Shown here piece after piece: positions 38,099 to 47,046 of a DNA stretch of 64,000 nt. Source of the DNA: an uncultured Patescibacteria group bacterium (GTDB lineage: Bacteria; Patescibacteriota; Patescibacteriia; UBA2591; CALHIP01). The position numbers and the translations under genes are program-made. The DNA lies in contig CALHIP010000008.1 of the NCBI GenBank assembly GCA_938030745.1, forward strand, positions 2,297-66,296, in the 5' to 3' direction. How positions within the stretch are numbered: position 1 is the stretch's first letter; each line of letters begins with the position of its first letter. The notes under the pieces are model-generated. The model did no database searches and had not been told where the DNA came from. It saw only the letters and a program-made list of their open reading frames with translations.

Positions 38099-38221
38099 AA
38101 ATTAGGCCTTTTGGAGACCTAATTTACGGCTTTTAATTTTAGTAATTAAAGTCGTAATTTTAGGTTCTCCAAAAATTTTTAATATATTTAAAAACTCGAC
38201 CATTTCCTAGATTATATCATA

Positions 38222-39967
38222 CTACATTCTCTCTAATGTTTCAATTCCTAACAAGTTAAGCCCCTTTTTTAAAACTTGCCCAATTGCTTCAATTAAAGCT
38301 AATCTTGCCTCTTTTATTTTTTTTGGATTTTTCAAAACTGGATATCGATGATAAAAAGTATTAAAAGTTTGCCCTAATTTTAAAAGATAATTTGCTAAAT
38401 AAGAGGGATTATAGAAGAAAATTGATTTTTCTAAAACTTCAGGAAAATCAAAAAGTAATCTTAAGAGTTCTATTTCTTCTTGTTCTTTCAACATTGAGTA
38501 GTCAATTGTTTTAAATTTCAAGCTTAAGATTTTTGATTTTTTAAATATTCCTTTAATTCTGGCATAAGTATATAAAAGATAGGGTCCTGTTGCTCCTTCA
38601 AAAGAAATCTCTTTTTCCGGATCATAGTTAATATTTTCAGATGGAGAAAATTTAAGAAAGAAAAACTTTAAAGATGCTAAAGCGATTTTTTCTGCTCTTT
38701 CTTCTAATTCAGAAGGTAAAATATCCTTTTCTCTTTTTAAAATTTCACCTTTAGCTATTTTTTTAACCTCGGAAAGAAGATCGTCAATTTCAACAACTTT
38801 TCCTTCTCTTGATTTCATTCTGCCAGCAGGTAGAAAAACTAAACCATAAGAAAGATGATAACAATTTTTTACCCAATCAAATCCAAAAATTTCTAAAATT
38901 TTAAATAAAACTTTAAAGTAATTTTCTTGTTCTGAGCCAACAACATAAATAGATAAATCAGGTTTAAATTCATCATATTTTAATTTAGCCAGCCCAATAT
39001 CTTGAGTGATATAAATACTTGTTCCATCAGCTCTGATTAAGACTTTTTTTCCTAAATTATAATTTGTTAAATCAATTTCGATTGCTCCATCTTCTCTTTT
39101 ATAGCAGAGATTATTTTCTAAAGCCTTTAAGACAATTTCTTTACCAAGTTTATAAATCTCACTTTCATAATACCATTTATCAAATTCAATACCTAATTTT
39201 CTATAAGTTTCTTTAAATCCATCGATTGCCCAGCTATTCATTTTTTGCCAAAGCTGCCAGACTTCTTGATTTCCTTCTTCCCATTTTCTTAACATCTCAT
39301 GAGCTTCATCTAAAAGATGTGGGTTTTCTTTAACTTTTTCACCAAAAAGAGTATAAAATTTTCCAACAAAATAATCACCTTTCATTTTCTCAGTTTCTGG
39401 TGTTTTACCTTCACCCCATTTTTGATAAGCCAACATTGATTTGGTAATATGGATTCCTCGGTCATTAATTAAATTTGCTCTGATAACCTTATAGCCAAAA
39501 TTTTTAAATAAATTAGCTAAACTCATTCCTAAAAGATTATTTCTTAAAATACCTAGATGTTGTGGTTTATTAGTATTTGGTGATGAAAACTCTATTATTA
39601 CTGTTTTGCCCTCGCCTATCTTTGACGAAGCATAATTTTCTTTTTCCTCTAAGATTTCGTTTAAAACTAAAGAAAAAAATTTTTCTTTATTGAAGAAAAA
39701 ATTTAGATAGGGACCAAAGGCAACAACTTTTTCAATTAATTCATTTATTTTAACTTTTGCTGATAAAATTTTAGCAACATCTTCTGGATTTTTTTTGATT
39801 TTTTCTCCTAATTTAAAACAAGCCCAACCTAAATCGCCCATTTTTATTTCTGGTGGAATTTCTAATTTAAAATCTAAATCAGTAATTATCTCTTTACCAA
39901 ATTCTTCTTCAATTACTTTTTTTAAATTAAGAATAATTGTTTCTTTAACTTGAGAAATTTTACTCAT
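38222..39967 (-). CDS. argS: arginyl-tRNA synthetase
   Basis: 581 aa class I aaRS with a HIGH-like NTNKPQHLGILRN, a DALK-type anticodon-binding domain and the characteristic C-terminal ...ETLERM. Confidence 0.85.
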   Translation of the reverse strand: MSKISQVKETIILNLKKVIEEEFGKEIITDLDFKLEIPPEIKMGDLGWACFKLGEKIKKNPEDVAKILSAKVKINELIEKVVAFGPYLNFFFNKEKFFSLVLNEILEEKENYASSKIGEGKTVIIEFSSPNTNKPQHLGILRNNLLGMSLANLFKNFGYKVIRANLINDRGIHITKSMLAYQKWGEGKTPETEKMKGDYFVGKFYTLFGEKVKENPHLLDEAHEMLRKWEEGNQEVWQLWQKMNSWAIDGFKETYRKLGIEFDKWYYESEIYKLGKEIVLKALENNLCYKREDGAIEIDLTNYNLGKKVLIRADGTSIYITQDIGLAKLKYDEFKPDLSIYVVGSEQENYFKVLFKILEIFGFDWVKNCYHLSYGLVFLPAGRMKSREGKVVEIDDLLSEVKKIAKGEILKREKDILPSELEERAEKIALASLKFFFLKFSPSENINYDPEKEISFEGATGPYLLYTYARIKGIFKKSKILSLKFKTIDYSMLKEQEEIELLRLLFDFPEVLEKSIFFYNPSYLANYLLKLGQTFNTFYHRYPVLKNPKKIKEARLALIEAIGQVLKKGLNLLGIETLERM

Positions 39968-40299
39968 AAAGAAAAAATTAATATTGCTGAGATAATTAAA
40001 AAAAGATTACTTAAAAAAGATGAAAAAATTAAAAAATAATTTAAAATTTTTTCTTTAGAAAGAAAAACTATCAAGAGAAAATTAACAACTAGAATAATTA
40101 AGCCAACTAAAGGCATTTCAAAAAGATAGATTTTTTTGTCAAGACGATCAACACCAGCTAAAACAGAATAGTGGATAATAGTTATTTCTTTTAAATTTTT
40201 ATAGTTAAGATAAACGAAAAACCAGAGAAAAAGATTGAGTAAAAAAGTAATTGTGATAAAAATAAAAGCTATTTTTTCTTGTTTTAAAAATAATTCCAT
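39964..40299 (-). CDS. small membrane protein, unknown function
   Basis: 111 aa, three hydrophobic helices; overlaps the argS start by 4 nt. Confidence 0.35.
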   Translation of the reverse strand: MELFLKQEKIAFIFITITFLLNLFLWFFVYLNYKNLKEITIIHYSVLAGVDRLDKKIYLFEMPLVGLIILVVNFLLIVFLSKEKILNYFLIFSSFLSNLFLIISAILIFSL

Positions 40300-40318
40300 A
40301 ATTTAGATTATATCAAAT

Positions 40319-40347
40319 TTGACAAAATTAATCAAATATGGTAATTT
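40319..40347 (+). promoter_or_regulatory. sigma70-type promoter of rpmA (TTGACA-17-TAATTT), 8 nt from the ATG
   Basis: tTTGACAaaattaatcaaatatggTAATTTaaaattgtATG. Confidence 0.5.
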
Positions 40348-40355
40348 AAAATTGT

Positions 40356-40628
40356 ATGGCCCATAAAAAATCAGGAACATCAACAAGATTAGGAAGGGAT
40401 TCTATAGCTAAAAGATTAGGAGTTAAAATTTATCCTGGTCAAATAGCAAAAGCCGGTTCTGTTATTATTCGCCAAAGAGGAACACCGTTTCGAGCAGGAA
40501 AAAATGTCAGGAGAGGAAAAGATGATACTTTATATGCTGTCAAGGAAGGTAAGGTAAAATTTGTTTGGCGAAAAGTTCCAAGATTTACTGGTAAATTAAA
40601 ATGGACAAAATATGTGGAAGTAGAATAG
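40356..40628 (+). CDS. rpmA: 50S ribosomal protein L27
   Basis: [46 protein letters not shown] matches the L27 consensus. Confidence 0.9.
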   Translation: MAHKKSGTSTRLGRDSIAKRLGVKIYPGQIAKAGSVIIRQRGTPFRAGKNVRRGKDDTLYAVKEGKVKFVWRKVPRFTGKLKWTKYVEVE

Positions 40629-40649
40629 AGATTTCTAAAATAAAATAGC

Positions 40650-41594
40650 ATGAATAAATTAGTTGTAATTTTAGGTCCAACTGCTTCAGGAAAAACTGAA
40701 TTAGCCATTAAACTGGCTAAATTTTTTAATGGTGAAATTATAAATGCTGATTCAAGACAAATCTATCGTGATATGGATATTGGTACAGGTAAACCACTCA
40801 AAACAAAAAATAAAAAACAAAAAACAAAAAATTTTATTTTGATAAATGGGATACCACATTATTTAATTGATATAGTCAGACCAAACCAGAATTTTACTGT
40901 CGCAGAGTTTAAGGAAAGAGCTATAAAAATTATTAAGGACATTCAAAAAAGGGGTAAAATTCCCTTTCTTGTTGGTGGAACAGGACTTTATATTCAAGCA
41001 GTTGTTGATAATTTTCAAATTCCAAAAGTAAAACCAGATAGAAAATTAAGAGCAAAATTAGAAAAACAAATTAAAAAAAATGGTTTAAATTGGGCTTGGC
41101 AAAAATTGTTAAAACTTGATCCAGAAGCAGAAAAATTTGTCCAAAAAGAGAATCCGCGTCGAATTATCCGTGCTTTAGAAGTTTGTTTAAAAACAAAAAA
41201 AAGATTTTCCGAATTAAGGAGAAAAGGGAAACCTCTTTTTGATGTCTTAGAAATAGGAATTAAATTACCACGGAAGATTCTTTATCAAAAAATTAATCAG
41301 CGAGTAGAAAAAATGATCAGAAATGGATTAGTTGATGAAGTAAAAAGAATATATCAGTCTCTTGATAATAAAAAAATAAATACTTTACCATCATTAAGTG
41401 GAATAGGATATAAAGAAATAATTAGTTATCTTAAAGGGAAAATCGATTTAAAAGATGCTATTGAGGAAATTAAAAAAAATACTCGCCGATTTTCTCGGCG
41501 ACAAATGACTTGGTTTAAAAAAGATAAGAGAATTGTTTGGATTAAAAATTATCAAGAAGCAAAAAAAATTATTTCCAATTTTTTAAAAAAATAG
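40650..41594 (+). CDS. miaA: tRNA dimethylallyltransferase
   Basis: VVILGPTASGKTELAIKLA P-loop, INADSRQIYRDMDIGTGKP. Confidence 0.85.
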   Translation: MNKLVVILGPTASGKTELAIKLAKFFNGEIINADSRQIYRDMDIGTGKPLKTKNKKQKTKNFILINGIPHYLIDIVRPNQNFTVAEFKERAIKIIKDIQKRGKIPFLVGGTGLYIQAVVDNFQIPKVKPDRKLRAKLEKQIKKNGLNWAWQKLLKLDPEAEKFVQKENPRRIIRALEVCLKTKKRFSELRRKGKPLFDVLEIGIKLPRKILYQKINQRVEKMIRNGLVDEVKRIYQSLDNKKINTLPSLSGIGYKEIISYLKGKIDLKDAIEEIKKNTRRFSRRQMTWFKKDKRIVWIKNYQEAKKIISNFLKK

Positions 41595-41663
41595 CCTCAA
41601 CCGGATTCGAACCGGTGTTTTCGCCGTGAGAGGGCGATGTCCTAACCACTAGACGATGAGGCC
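41593..41663 (-). tRNA. tRNA-Glu (anticodon CTC)
   Basis: Minus-strand read GGCCTCATCGTCTAGTGGTTAGGACATCGCCCTCTCACGGCGAAAACACCGGTTCGAATCCGGTTGAGGCT; anticodon stem TCGCC/GGCGA, loop CTCTCAC. Confidence 0.7.
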
Positions 41664-41704
41664 ATTTTTATTTTATCAAAAATTTAAAATTTGTCTACCT
41701 TAAT

Positions 41705-42994
41705 TTATATCCAACCTTTTTCTTGTCTAACTAATAATTTTTCTGCTTTTTCTGGTTCAGCCATTATTTCTTTAATTACCTTTTCCATTCTTACTTTTTG
41801 CGAACCCTTAACTAAAATAATATCCCCATAAATAATTTTTTCTTTAAGAAATTTACCCGCTTCTTCTGAATTTTCAAACTCAAAAATTAAATCCTGATGA
41901 AAACCATTTTCTTTAGCTCCTTCAGCAATCTTTTTTGCTAAATTCCCTACTGTGATTAAAAGATCAAAATTATATTCAGTTATTTTTTTACCAATTTTAA
42001 AATGAGCTTCTTCTGCAAATTGGCCAAGTTCTAACATTTCACCTAAAACAACAATTTTTCTTCTTCCCGGTAAAGTTAAAATTTCTTTTAAAGTTTCAAG
42101 AGCAGCTTCAACTGCTTCCGGAGAAGAATTATATGAGTCATCGATAATTAAACTTTTTTTAATTCCGTTAATTAATTTCATTCTTCCTGCTAACGGTTCG
42201 AATTCTTTTAATGATTCGACAATTTCTAAAAGATTAATTCCCATTACTAAACCGACACTAATTGCTGCTAAAACGGAATAGACCTGATGACGAGCTATAA
42301 TTTTTGGCAGAAAAACAGGTATGATATTACCACGATAATTAATTTTAAATTTTAAACCATAAATTTTAATTTCTCCTCTTTCAGTAATTTCTTGATCAAG
42401 ATTTATTTCTAATCCTTTAAGATCAACTTTCCTTGTTAGACCATAGGTAAAAACTTTTGCTCGAATTTTATCTTTTATTTCTAAAATCTTCTCATCATCA
42501 CCATTTAAAATTGCCCAGCCTTGTCGTGGTAAATGGGTAACAATAATTTCTTTTTCTTTTAAAATATTTTCCAAACTTTTAAAAGCTTCCAAATGAACAG
42601 GAGCAATAGCTGTAATTACGCCAATCTGACAAGGAGCAATTTTTGTTAAATATCTTATATCACCTGGTTTATCAGCAGCCATCTCTAAAATTAAAATTTT
42701 TGGAAATTTAATAGGAAAAATAATTTCAAATAATCCTTTTAAGAAAACTTTCAACCAACCAAAAATAGACTTACCTTGACTTTCAGCATTAATAATTGTT
42801 AATGGTAAACCAATCTCATTATTATAATTTTTTGGCGAAGCACGAACAAAAAATTTTTTCTTTAAAACTAAAGCAATTGCTTCTTTAGTTGATGTTTTTC
42901 CAACACTGCCGGTAATACCAATAATAAAAGGCTTATATTTTCTAATTATTATTTTTGCTAAGAGACCTAAAATTTTTTCGATAAATTTTTTCAT
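41705..42994 (-). CDS. murF: UDP-MurNAc-tripeptide--D-alanyl-D-alanine ligase
   Basis: Mur ligase P-loop IIGITGSVGKTSTKE; central and C-terminal Mur ligase domains; position in the dcw cluster. Confidence 0.85.
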   Translation of the reverse strand: MKKFIEKILGLLAKIIIRKYKPFIIGITGSVGKTSTKEAIALVLKKKFFVRASPKNYNNEIGLPLTIINAESQGKSIFGWLKVFLKGLFEIIFPIKFPKILILEMAADKPGDIRYLTKIAPCQIGVITAIAPVHLEAFKSLENILKEKEIIVTHLPRQGWAILNGDDEKILEIKDKIRAKVFTYGLTRKVDLKGLEINLDQEITERGEIKIYGLKFKINYRGNIIPVFLPKIIARHQVYSVLAAISVGLVMGINLLEIVESLKEFEPLAGRMKLINGIKKSLIIDDSYNSSPEAVEAALETLKEILTLPGRRKIVVLGEMLELGQFAEEAHFKIGKKITEYNFDLLITVGNLAKKIAEGAKENGFHQDLIFEFENSEEAGKFLKEKIIYGDIILVKGSQKVRMEKVIKEIMAEPEKAEKLLVRQEKGWI

Positions 42995-42996
42995 AA

Positions 42997-44739
42997 TTAT
43001 TCTTCTGTTGGTGGTATTTTATAATATTTAAGAATAAAATCAGCTAATTTAGCGAAGGTTGGAGTAGCAGTCCGATCGCTAAACCTCTCTAATTTTGGAT
43101 TATCTAATTTAACTAAAGCAACAAATCTTGGATTGTCAGCAGGAGCAAAACCACCAAAGGAGTGAATTGTCTCATCTGAATAACTACCAAAATAGGCAAT
43201 TTGAGCTGTTCCAGTTTTGCCAGCTACCAAATAGCCAGGAACAGCAGCTCTTTTTCCCCAACCATTTTTAACTACTGAAATCATTAAATCTTTTAAAATT
43301 TCTGCGGTTGAAGGAGAAATAACTTGACGAACTTCTTGTGGTTTATTTTCAAATATAATACCTTCTGAAGAAACAATTTTTTTAACTAAATATGGCCTCA
43401 TTAATTTTCCGCCATTGGCGATAACCGCTAAACCCATTGTCATCTGTAAAGGAGTAACTGCTATCCCTTGGCCAAAAGAAGCAGTTGCTAAATAAATTTC
43501 TTTATTTTCTGAAAGATTTTTAATGTCTCCCTTTGCCTCAGCTGGCAAATCAATTCCTGTTTTTTCACCAAAACCAAATTTTTTTACAAAATGACGGAAA
43601 GTATCTAAACCAACTTTCTGGGCAATAAAAATTGCTCCAGTATTAATAGATTTTTCTAAAACCTCCCTCATTGTTCTTTGACCATAAATTTTTTCACCAG
43701 CATTTTTTATAGTATAACTACCAATTTTAACAAAACCTTTATCTTCGTAAGTTGTCTCTGGAGTGATTTTTTCTTCTTCTAAACCAGCAGCAAAAGTAAT
43801 AAGTTTAAAAATTGAACCTGGCTCATATTGAAAAGAAATAGCTGAGTTTGAAAAAAGAGTAATATCTTTGACTTTGAAATATTCATTAGGATCAAAATAA
43901 GGATAATTACAGAGGGCTAAAATTGCTCCTGTCTTTGGCTCAACTACAACAACATTTCCACTTTTTGCTTTATATTTCTCAATCGCCTCTTCTAAAATCT
44001 GACATGACTTTATCTGAATTGGTCTTTCAATAGTCAAAATAATATTTGAACCATCCTTTGGTTTTTTAAAAATAATTTCTCTACTGGCAATAATTATCTC
44101 GCCAATTCCTTTTTCACCTCTAATTAATCCAGCTTTACCAGAAAGAATATCTTCATAATATTCTTCAAGACCATAGCGACCAATTTTTTTATCTCCTTTG
44201 AAACCAAAAAAACCTAAAAGATGTGAAAAATATTTACCATCAGGATAGAATCGATTTAATTTTCTTTCAAAATATATTCCTTTAATTGATTTTTTTTCAA
44301 TTTCTTCTTTCTCTTTTTCGGAAAGATCGTTTTTCAAAATTTCATAACTGTCATTTTTTTTAGAAATTTTTTCTAATATTTTTCTAAAATCTTCGTTTTT
44401 TTCATCGATAGGAATTTTTAAAACTTCGGCTAATTGAGATGCTACTTCGTACGGATTTGAAATCTGATTAGGAATTGCACAAAGATTATAAGTATAAATA
44501 TTTAAAGCAATTGGAATTTTTTCTTCTCCTTCTTCAACAAAAATTTCTCCCCTTTTAGGCTCTATTTCTTTTTCAAAAATTCTAAGATTTTTAGCTAAAA
44601 CTTTATATTTTTTACCTTCAATAATTTGGAGTTTGACCAATCTTAAAATAATAATTAGCCATAAAATAAAAAAAATAATCCCTATAAAAATAATTCTTGA
44701 AAAATTATTTTTCTTCGGCTTAGTAAGTTTAAAAACCAT
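42997..44739 (-). CDS. ftsI: penicillin-binding transpeptidase (FtsI/PBP2-like)
   Basis: N-terminal TM, PBP dimerisation region, transpeptidase motifs SIFK (SxxK), SINT (SxN), KTGT. Confidence 0.85.
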   Translation of the reverse strand: MVFKLTKPKKNNFSRIIFIGIIFFILWLIIILRLVKLQIIEGKKYKVLAKNLRIFEKEIEPKRGEIFVEEGEEKIPIALNIYTYNLCAIPNQISNPYEVASQLAEVLKIPIDEKNEDFRKILEKISKKNDSYEILKNDLSEKEKEEIEKKSIKGIYFERKLNRFYPDGKYFSHLLGFFGFKGDKKIGRYGLEEYYEDILSGKAGLIRGEKGIGEIIIASREIIFKKPKDGSNIILTIERPIQIKSCQILEEAIEKYKAKSGNVVVVEPKTGAILALCNYPYFDPNEYFKVKDITLFSNSAISFQYEPGSIFKLITFAAGLEEEKITPETTYEDKGFVKIGSYTIKNAGEKIYGQRTMREVLEKSINTGAIFIAQKVGLDTFRHFVKKFGFGEKTGIDLPAEAKGDIKNLSENKEIYLATASFGQGIAVTPLQMTMGLAVIANGGKLMRPYLVKKIVSSEGIIFENKPQEVRQVISPSTAEILKDLMISVVKNGWGKRAAVPGYLVAGKTGTAQIAYFGSYSDETIHSFGGFAPADNPRFVALVKLDNPKLERFSDRTATPTFAKLADFILKYYKIPPTEE

Positions 44740-44741
44740 AA

Positions 44742-45104
44742 TTATTTTTTACTGACAGCTGTTTCAAATAATGGTCTAAGATAATCTACTTTCTCTGTTT
44801 TAATGAAAGATGTTAAATTTTTTTGAATAGTCTCTGATGATTCTAGTTTTATTTTTTCTAAAAGAAGAGATTTGTTAATTTTCTCTAGCTCATCTTTCTT
44901 TTTTTCTAATTCATTAAGTTTAAAACCGAGACTGACAATCTGATTCATTTGAATTAGATAAAGAATAAGAGTAATAAAAATAAGACCAAGAAGAATAATG
45001 TTTAAGATGAATGGATTTTTTAAAACAAAACCAGCAACATTTTTCTTTGACAAGAAAAGACTATTATGACGATTTAATGAAAAATTTTTTATATAAGGAG
45101 ACAT
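44742..45104 (-). CDS. ftsL: FtsL-like small bitopic cell division protein
   Basis: 120 aa; single TM followed by a coiled coil; located between rsmH and ftsI. Confidence 0.45.
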   Translation of the reverse strand: MSPYIKNFSLNRHNSLFLSKKNVAGFVLKNPFILNIILLGLIFITLILYLIQMNQIVSLGFKLNELEKKKDELEKINKSLLLEKIKLESSETIQKNLTSFIKTEKVDYLRPLFETAVSKK

Positions 45105-45119
45105 ATTTTATTCTAAATT

Positions 45120-46013
45120 CTAAACTATCTTAAACGCTGCTCTTAATTTTGCTGAACGAGACCGAGGATTATTTTTAATTTCTTGATTAGTTGGTCGAAC
45201 TGGCTTTTTAGTTAAAATTTTTAAAATCCCTTCTTTTGCTTTTTGACGGAAAAAATTTTTGACAATTCTATCTTCTAAAGAATGATAAGAGATGATCACT
45301 AATTTTCCATTTTTTCCTAAAACTTCAATTGTTTGAGGAAGAACTTTTTTTAAATTTTCAAGTTCATCATTAACAGCAATTCTTAGGGCTTGAAAAACTC
45401 TTGCTAAAGTTTTAAATCTAAATCGATAGACTCCAAATTTTTCCAAAACTTCATTTATTACTTCAACTAATTGTTTAGTTGTTTTAATTTTATTTTTCCG
45501 ACGCTTATCTAAGATATTTCTAACTATCGGTTTAGCAAATTTTTCTTCTCCATATTCTTTTAAAATTTTTTCTAACATTTCTTTTGGATACTGGTTAATT
45601 ATTTCAGCAGCAGTTATTCCATTTTTAGCATATCTCATATCTAAAAACTCGTCTTTCTGGAAACTAAACCCTTTTCCACTTTTTTCCAATAAATCTGTAG
45701 ACAAGCCAAGATCAATAAGAATACCAGAAATATCTTTAAAATTATATTTTTCAATGATCCTTTTTAAATTAATAAAATTTTCATTAACGAGAATTAATCT
45801 ATTCTTTATTTTTGCTTTTTTATTCTTTATTTTAGTTAATTCATCAATTGCTTCTTTTGATAAGTCAATACCCAATAGTTTTCCCTTCGGTTCTATTAAT
45901 TTTAAAATTACAAATGCATGTCCTCCACCACCAATTGTACAGTCAATAAAATTTTGATTTGGTTTTGGTGAAAGATAATTAATAACTTCTTTTAAAAGAA
46001 CAGGAATATGCAT
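45120..46013 (-). CDS. rsmH: 16S rRNA (cytosine1402-N4)-methyltransferase
   Basis: MHIPVLLKEV...FIDCTIGGGGHA N-terminal signature. Confidence 0.9.
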   Translation of the reverse strand: MHIPVLLKEVINYLSPKPNQNFIDCTIGGGGHAFVILKLIEPKGKLLGIDLSKEAIDELTKIKNKKAKIKNRLILVNENFINLKRIIEKYNFKDISGILIDLGLSTDLLEKSGKGFSFQKDEFLDMRYAKNGITAAEIINQYPKEMLEKILKEYGEEKFAKPIVRNILDKRRKNKIKTTKQLVEVINEVLEKFGVYRFRFKTLARVFQALRIAVNDELENLKKVLPQTIEVLGKNGKLVIISYHSLEDRIVKNFFRQKAKEGILKILTKKPVRPTNQEIKNNPRSRSAKLRAAFKIV

Positions 46014-46025
46014 ATTTTATTATTT

Positions 46026-46460
46026 TTAAACTCCAATTTCTCCTAATGTCTCAGCAATATCCTTACTTTCTTTTTCAGATTGTCTTTTATATTCTTCCCA
46101 TTCTTTTTCATCCCAAATTTCTAAGCGATTATATAAACCAGCAATAACTACATTTTTTTTAATCTTAGCGTATTTTTTTAAATAATCAGGCAAAATTATT
46201 CTTCCTTGAACATCAAGTTTTACATCCATTGCTCCAGCTAGCATTAATCTGGCAAAAGCTCTTGTTTTTGCTTTGCTAATTGGCAGTTGAGATAGTTTTA
46301 AAGCTAATTTTTCCCATTCATCTTTAGAATAAAGGAAAAGACAATTATCAATTCCTCTTGTTACTACTACTCCCTTTTTTAAATTTAACCGAAATTTTGG
46401 TGGTATAGACAACCTTGATTTTTCATCTAATTTGTAGTGATACTCACCTATAAAAGGCAT
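46026..46460 (-). CDS. mraZ: transcriptional regulator MraZ
   Basis: MPFIGEYHYKLDEKSRLSIP and a second repeat GRIILPDYLKKYAK: the duplicated MraZ fold. Confidence 0.9.
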   Translation of the reverse strand: MPFIGEYHYKLDEKSRLSIPPKFRLNLKKGVVVTRGIDNCLFLYSKDEWEKLALKLSQLPISKAKTRAFARLMLAGAMDVKLDVQGRIILPDYLKKYAKIKKNVVIAGLYNRLEIWDEKEWEEYKRQSEKESKDIAETLGEIGV

Positions 46461-46506
46461 AGTAATTTTCTAAATTACATAATTTTCCACAAAAACCGAG
46501 ATTTTT

Positions 46507-46597
46507 CCCCACATTTATCCACAATTTTACACTTAAATACACTATAAACCATTTTTCTCCACTAATCAACTTAATTCTGTGGATATTTTGTGGATAA
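46507..46597 (-). promoter_or_regulatory. mraZ upstream operator region: direct GTGKR repeats (MraZ-box-like) plus three TTATCCACA/TATCCACA DnaA-box-like 9-mers
   Basis: Minus-strand read GTGTAtttaaGTGTAaaattGTGGAtaaatGTGGGg (4 repeats at 10-bp period) 50-90 nt upstream of the mraZ ATG. Plus TTATCCACAaaaTATCCACAG further upstream (forward strand 46579-46597). Confidence 0.5.
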
Positions 46598-46650
46598 AAA
46601 AATTAACCCTTTAAAGGTTTAACTTTTACTTAAGTTAATACACTTATTTA

Positions 46651-47043
46651 TCAGATCTTTTTCTTTCTACTTATAGTAATATTTGGTTCTTTATCATAAA
46701 TCGGTAAAATTATTTTTTTCTTTAATTTTTTTATCCCTATTTTGATTGCCTCTTTTATTGTTTTTATTTTGTTAATCTTTACTAAACTTAATGGAATATT
46801 TAAAAATCTACCAAAAATATTAGTCATCGTTATTATTTTTCTTGATTGAGTAAAAGACAAAGAATTAGAAATAATAATTACACCTTGAAAGTCTTTAATT
46901 TTTATTTTATATTTTTTTATAATTTTTGCTATAATCTTTAAGAAATTATCTCTTTCATCTTTTAATAGAAAAGAAATAAGTTTTTCTTTTTTGACTAAAA
47001 TTATAGAATGTGGTAAAATTCCCTTGTTGATAACTAAATACAT
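46651..47043 (-). CDS. TsaB/YeaZ-like protein (degenerate)
   Basis: 130 aa; MYLVINKGI... and GVIIISNSLSFTQSRKIITMTNIFGRFLNIPLSLV parallel the TsaB GVGPGSFTGLRIG...G....PL.GV segment, but the glycine motif is replaced. Confidence 0.35.
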   Translation of the reverse strand: MYLVINKGILPHSIILVKKEKLISFLLKDERDNFLKIIAKIIKKYKIKIKDFQGVIIISNSLSFTQSRKIITMTNIFGRFLNIPLSLVKINKIKTIKEAIKIGIKKLKKKIILPIYDKEPNITISRKKKI

Positions 47044-47046
47044 ATT

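Noticed and set aside
46461-46650. Chromosomal origin of replication (oriC) at the mraZ upstream DnaA-box cluster
   Set aside because: There are three DnaA-box-like 9-mers, but no dnaA or dnaN gene nearby and no distinct AT-rich unwinding element beyond the genome-wide AT bias. The repeats are better explained as MraZ or DnaA transcriptional operators. Kept only as a low-probability alternative in the findings.
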